A DNA stretch of 64,000 nucleotides from Bulinus truncatus. Its lineage: Eukaryota. Made by a program: the position numbers and the translations under genes. The stretch covers positions 5,516,061 to 5,580,060 of the forward strand of contig JAGDYQ010000001.1 of the NCBI GenBank assembly GCA_021962125.1, written 5' to 3'. Under the pieces are notes generated by a model. That model was given only the letters and a program-made list of their open reading frames with translations. It did no database searches and was not told the origin of the DNA. This document shows positions 62,241 to 64,000 of this stretch, one piece after another (the first letter of the stretch is position 1; every line of letters begins with the position of its first letter).

Positions 62241-64000
62241 CGCAAAATCTTGCCCAAAAAATACTAGAACTATAATTAAATAATCCAGAACAATGTCAGA
62301 TAGTTCTTAGCCAATCTTTAATTTAAAGTTTTATCAAGTTCTTCTTTTCTTTTTAAATAAATACTTGGTAAATCTGTTTATGTATTATTTGCCATAGCGA
62401 GATTCTCTACAATGCAACGACTTGTCAACATTAACAGAATTATGACTGAAAGCAGATAGGAAGGCTACGGGCTATGTTCACTCTGTTAATCACTCAATCA
62501 TTGTAAATCATAAGAAATGTTTAGTATGCATCTCTCTATCAATATCCAGGTTGGAGAAAGAGTACACACAAACCTATCCAAGTCTTTTTAGAACCTCAAA
62601 GAATGACCTGTTCAAATGTTCCTACAATCATAGTTAACCCACAACTAACACTCTTCACATCTTAATTTCTCTCAGTCAGACTGAAACATTACCAGTACGT
62701 CCGAATGGCACTACATAAAATCCCACTCCGTTGCTAGCTATTGAAGCGCCAGGTGCGTGTCTTTTGGCGCCCCCTCCCCCCCCCCCCACCCACCGTTCTG
62801 AAAAGTGTGCAACCTACTACAATACACAACATTTTTCACTACTTATTTCTGTTTTAATTCAGGGGAAAAAAAAACGATTCCCTCCTCTATTAACTGTTAA
62901 GTATGCAGTGTCTTCATGCGTATCTTTCTTCTCTAAAAAAATAGGTCTGGAACAAATCTTTTTATCATTATTTGTAGCCCTTGCCGTGATTTTATTTCAG
63001 CATTCTGCATTCTCTGAATGGCCACTTAAAACTTCCAAGCATCATTGCTCTAGTGTTGTTGGATATGTCTGCACTTTGCAGTGACTTGCAGACTTAGGCA
63101 ATCGGTGATATAATCTTCACCAATACTTGAGCATAAGCCTACACATAAATGATAACTTATTAAAAGTAGCGAATTGGCCGCTTCAGATTTACTATAAAAA
63201 TAGCATTCAGCATACTGTGGCATATTTTGAAGTTGAACATACACTTTTGTCACTTCAATCTATTCACTGCAGCTACTCTAGTGTTTTTCGTGACTTTTCA
63301 ATGTTACCTGTACAACTGAGAACTTTTTTTTTCATTATAATGGACATGCTGCAAAATCATAGATCACAGATGCAAATTTATAACTAATGAAGGGCCACAA
63401 TAGGTTCTTAAATTTGATTGAAGGGCCGGACCAAGAGAGTATTAATGGGGTGTTTATAATACTTTATACGAGCAAACATAAATGTAAGTAATATCAATGT
63501 AAATGCGGCTCGAATAAAAACGTTTAACGGACTTAGGATGTCCATGTCTGGTCTAGAAGCTGAACATTGTTTTCAAGATTACTATTTCGGAGACCCGTAT
63601 AGCTCGGCGCCCTGTGCATAATTGTTAAAATAAATACATTTAACTCCACAGTTTGGGCATTTTATTTATTTACTTTTGTTATTTAGTAATTACATTACAA
63701 CTAGACAATAAAATAAACTATTTCATATTAGGCCCATACAATGCAAACTGCAACATAATTATACCTTCTTTAAGTTTTTTAAAAATAAAATTAGGTATAT
63801 TCATGGTGAGGTCAGAAAATAAAAATGCCGAAAAATTTGCTATTAAAGAGCAGCATAGCAAGATGCACAGGCAATTTTTATTATGTTTAAACAAAATAAA
63901 AGCTACCGGTACCATAGAAGTGGTGTGTGTGTTAGTGCAGTGGTCCCTAACGTTTTTCTCGCGGCAGACCGGTCGACATTTGATAATTTTACCGCGGCCC

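Larger units (their letters stand above)
59866..63320. repeat. Right arm of the large inverted repeat (about 3.45 kb), reverse-complement homologous to the left-arm core. It carries two arm-specific insertions: the SINE-like 60225-60660 and a 287-bp indel at 61094-61380. It lacks the four left-arm elements.
   Basis: See the left-arm entry. ORF 60988-61353 spans the indel and has no recognisable homology. Confidence 0.8.

Noticed and set aside
14088-63320. The possibility that the whole palindrome is an assembly artefact.
   Set aside because: Not rejected outright. The arms differ by about 10% and by six independent insertions with their own TSDs, which a collapsed or mis-joined assembly of one locus would not produce. 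It still needs long-read confirmation.

Overview
This is eukaryotic, repeat-dominated DNA, AT-rich and probably from an invertebrate; I cannot place the taxon from the sequence alone. It looks like satellite-rich heterochromatin invaded by DNA transposons.

About 32 kb of the 64 kb is tandem repeat.
- A 61-bp satellite with a 488-bp higher-order period sits at the 5' edge (1-1400).
- A roughly 28.3-kb satellite of 58-61-bp monomers spans 31588-59866. Its periodicity is very homogeneous.
- A short head-to-head inverted copy of the same satellite lies at 25650-26045.
- There are several further mini-satellites and micro-satellites.

The big array lies inside a kilobase-scale inverted repeat, with the left arm at about 14088-25640 and the right arm at about 59866-63320. 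The arms differ mainly by transposon insertions. The left arm carries four:
- a hAT element at 14287-16621;
- an L-specific block at about 17575-18110;
- a 3.1-kb TIR element at 18303-21388;
- a hAT element at 22609-25558.

Elsewhere I recognise:
- a foldback-like element with a 9-bp TSD inserted into a tandem array;
- a PIF/Harbinger-like MITE with a TAA TSD;
- a non-autonomous hAT element carrying a nested MITE;
- a short MITE sharing its TIR with the 3.1-kb element;
- remnants of hAT and pogo/Tigger transposases, all frameshifted;
- a SINE-like repeat with a (GACA)n tail.

The only host-gene-like signal is a pair of 3' terminal exons on the plus strand (2300-2399 and 3417-3715). They encode an unrecognised 133-aa tail and are followed by a 3'-UTR minisatellite.

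I found no rRNA, tRNA or CRISPR. Nearly all ORFs in the supplied track are translations of tandem repeats and are spurious.
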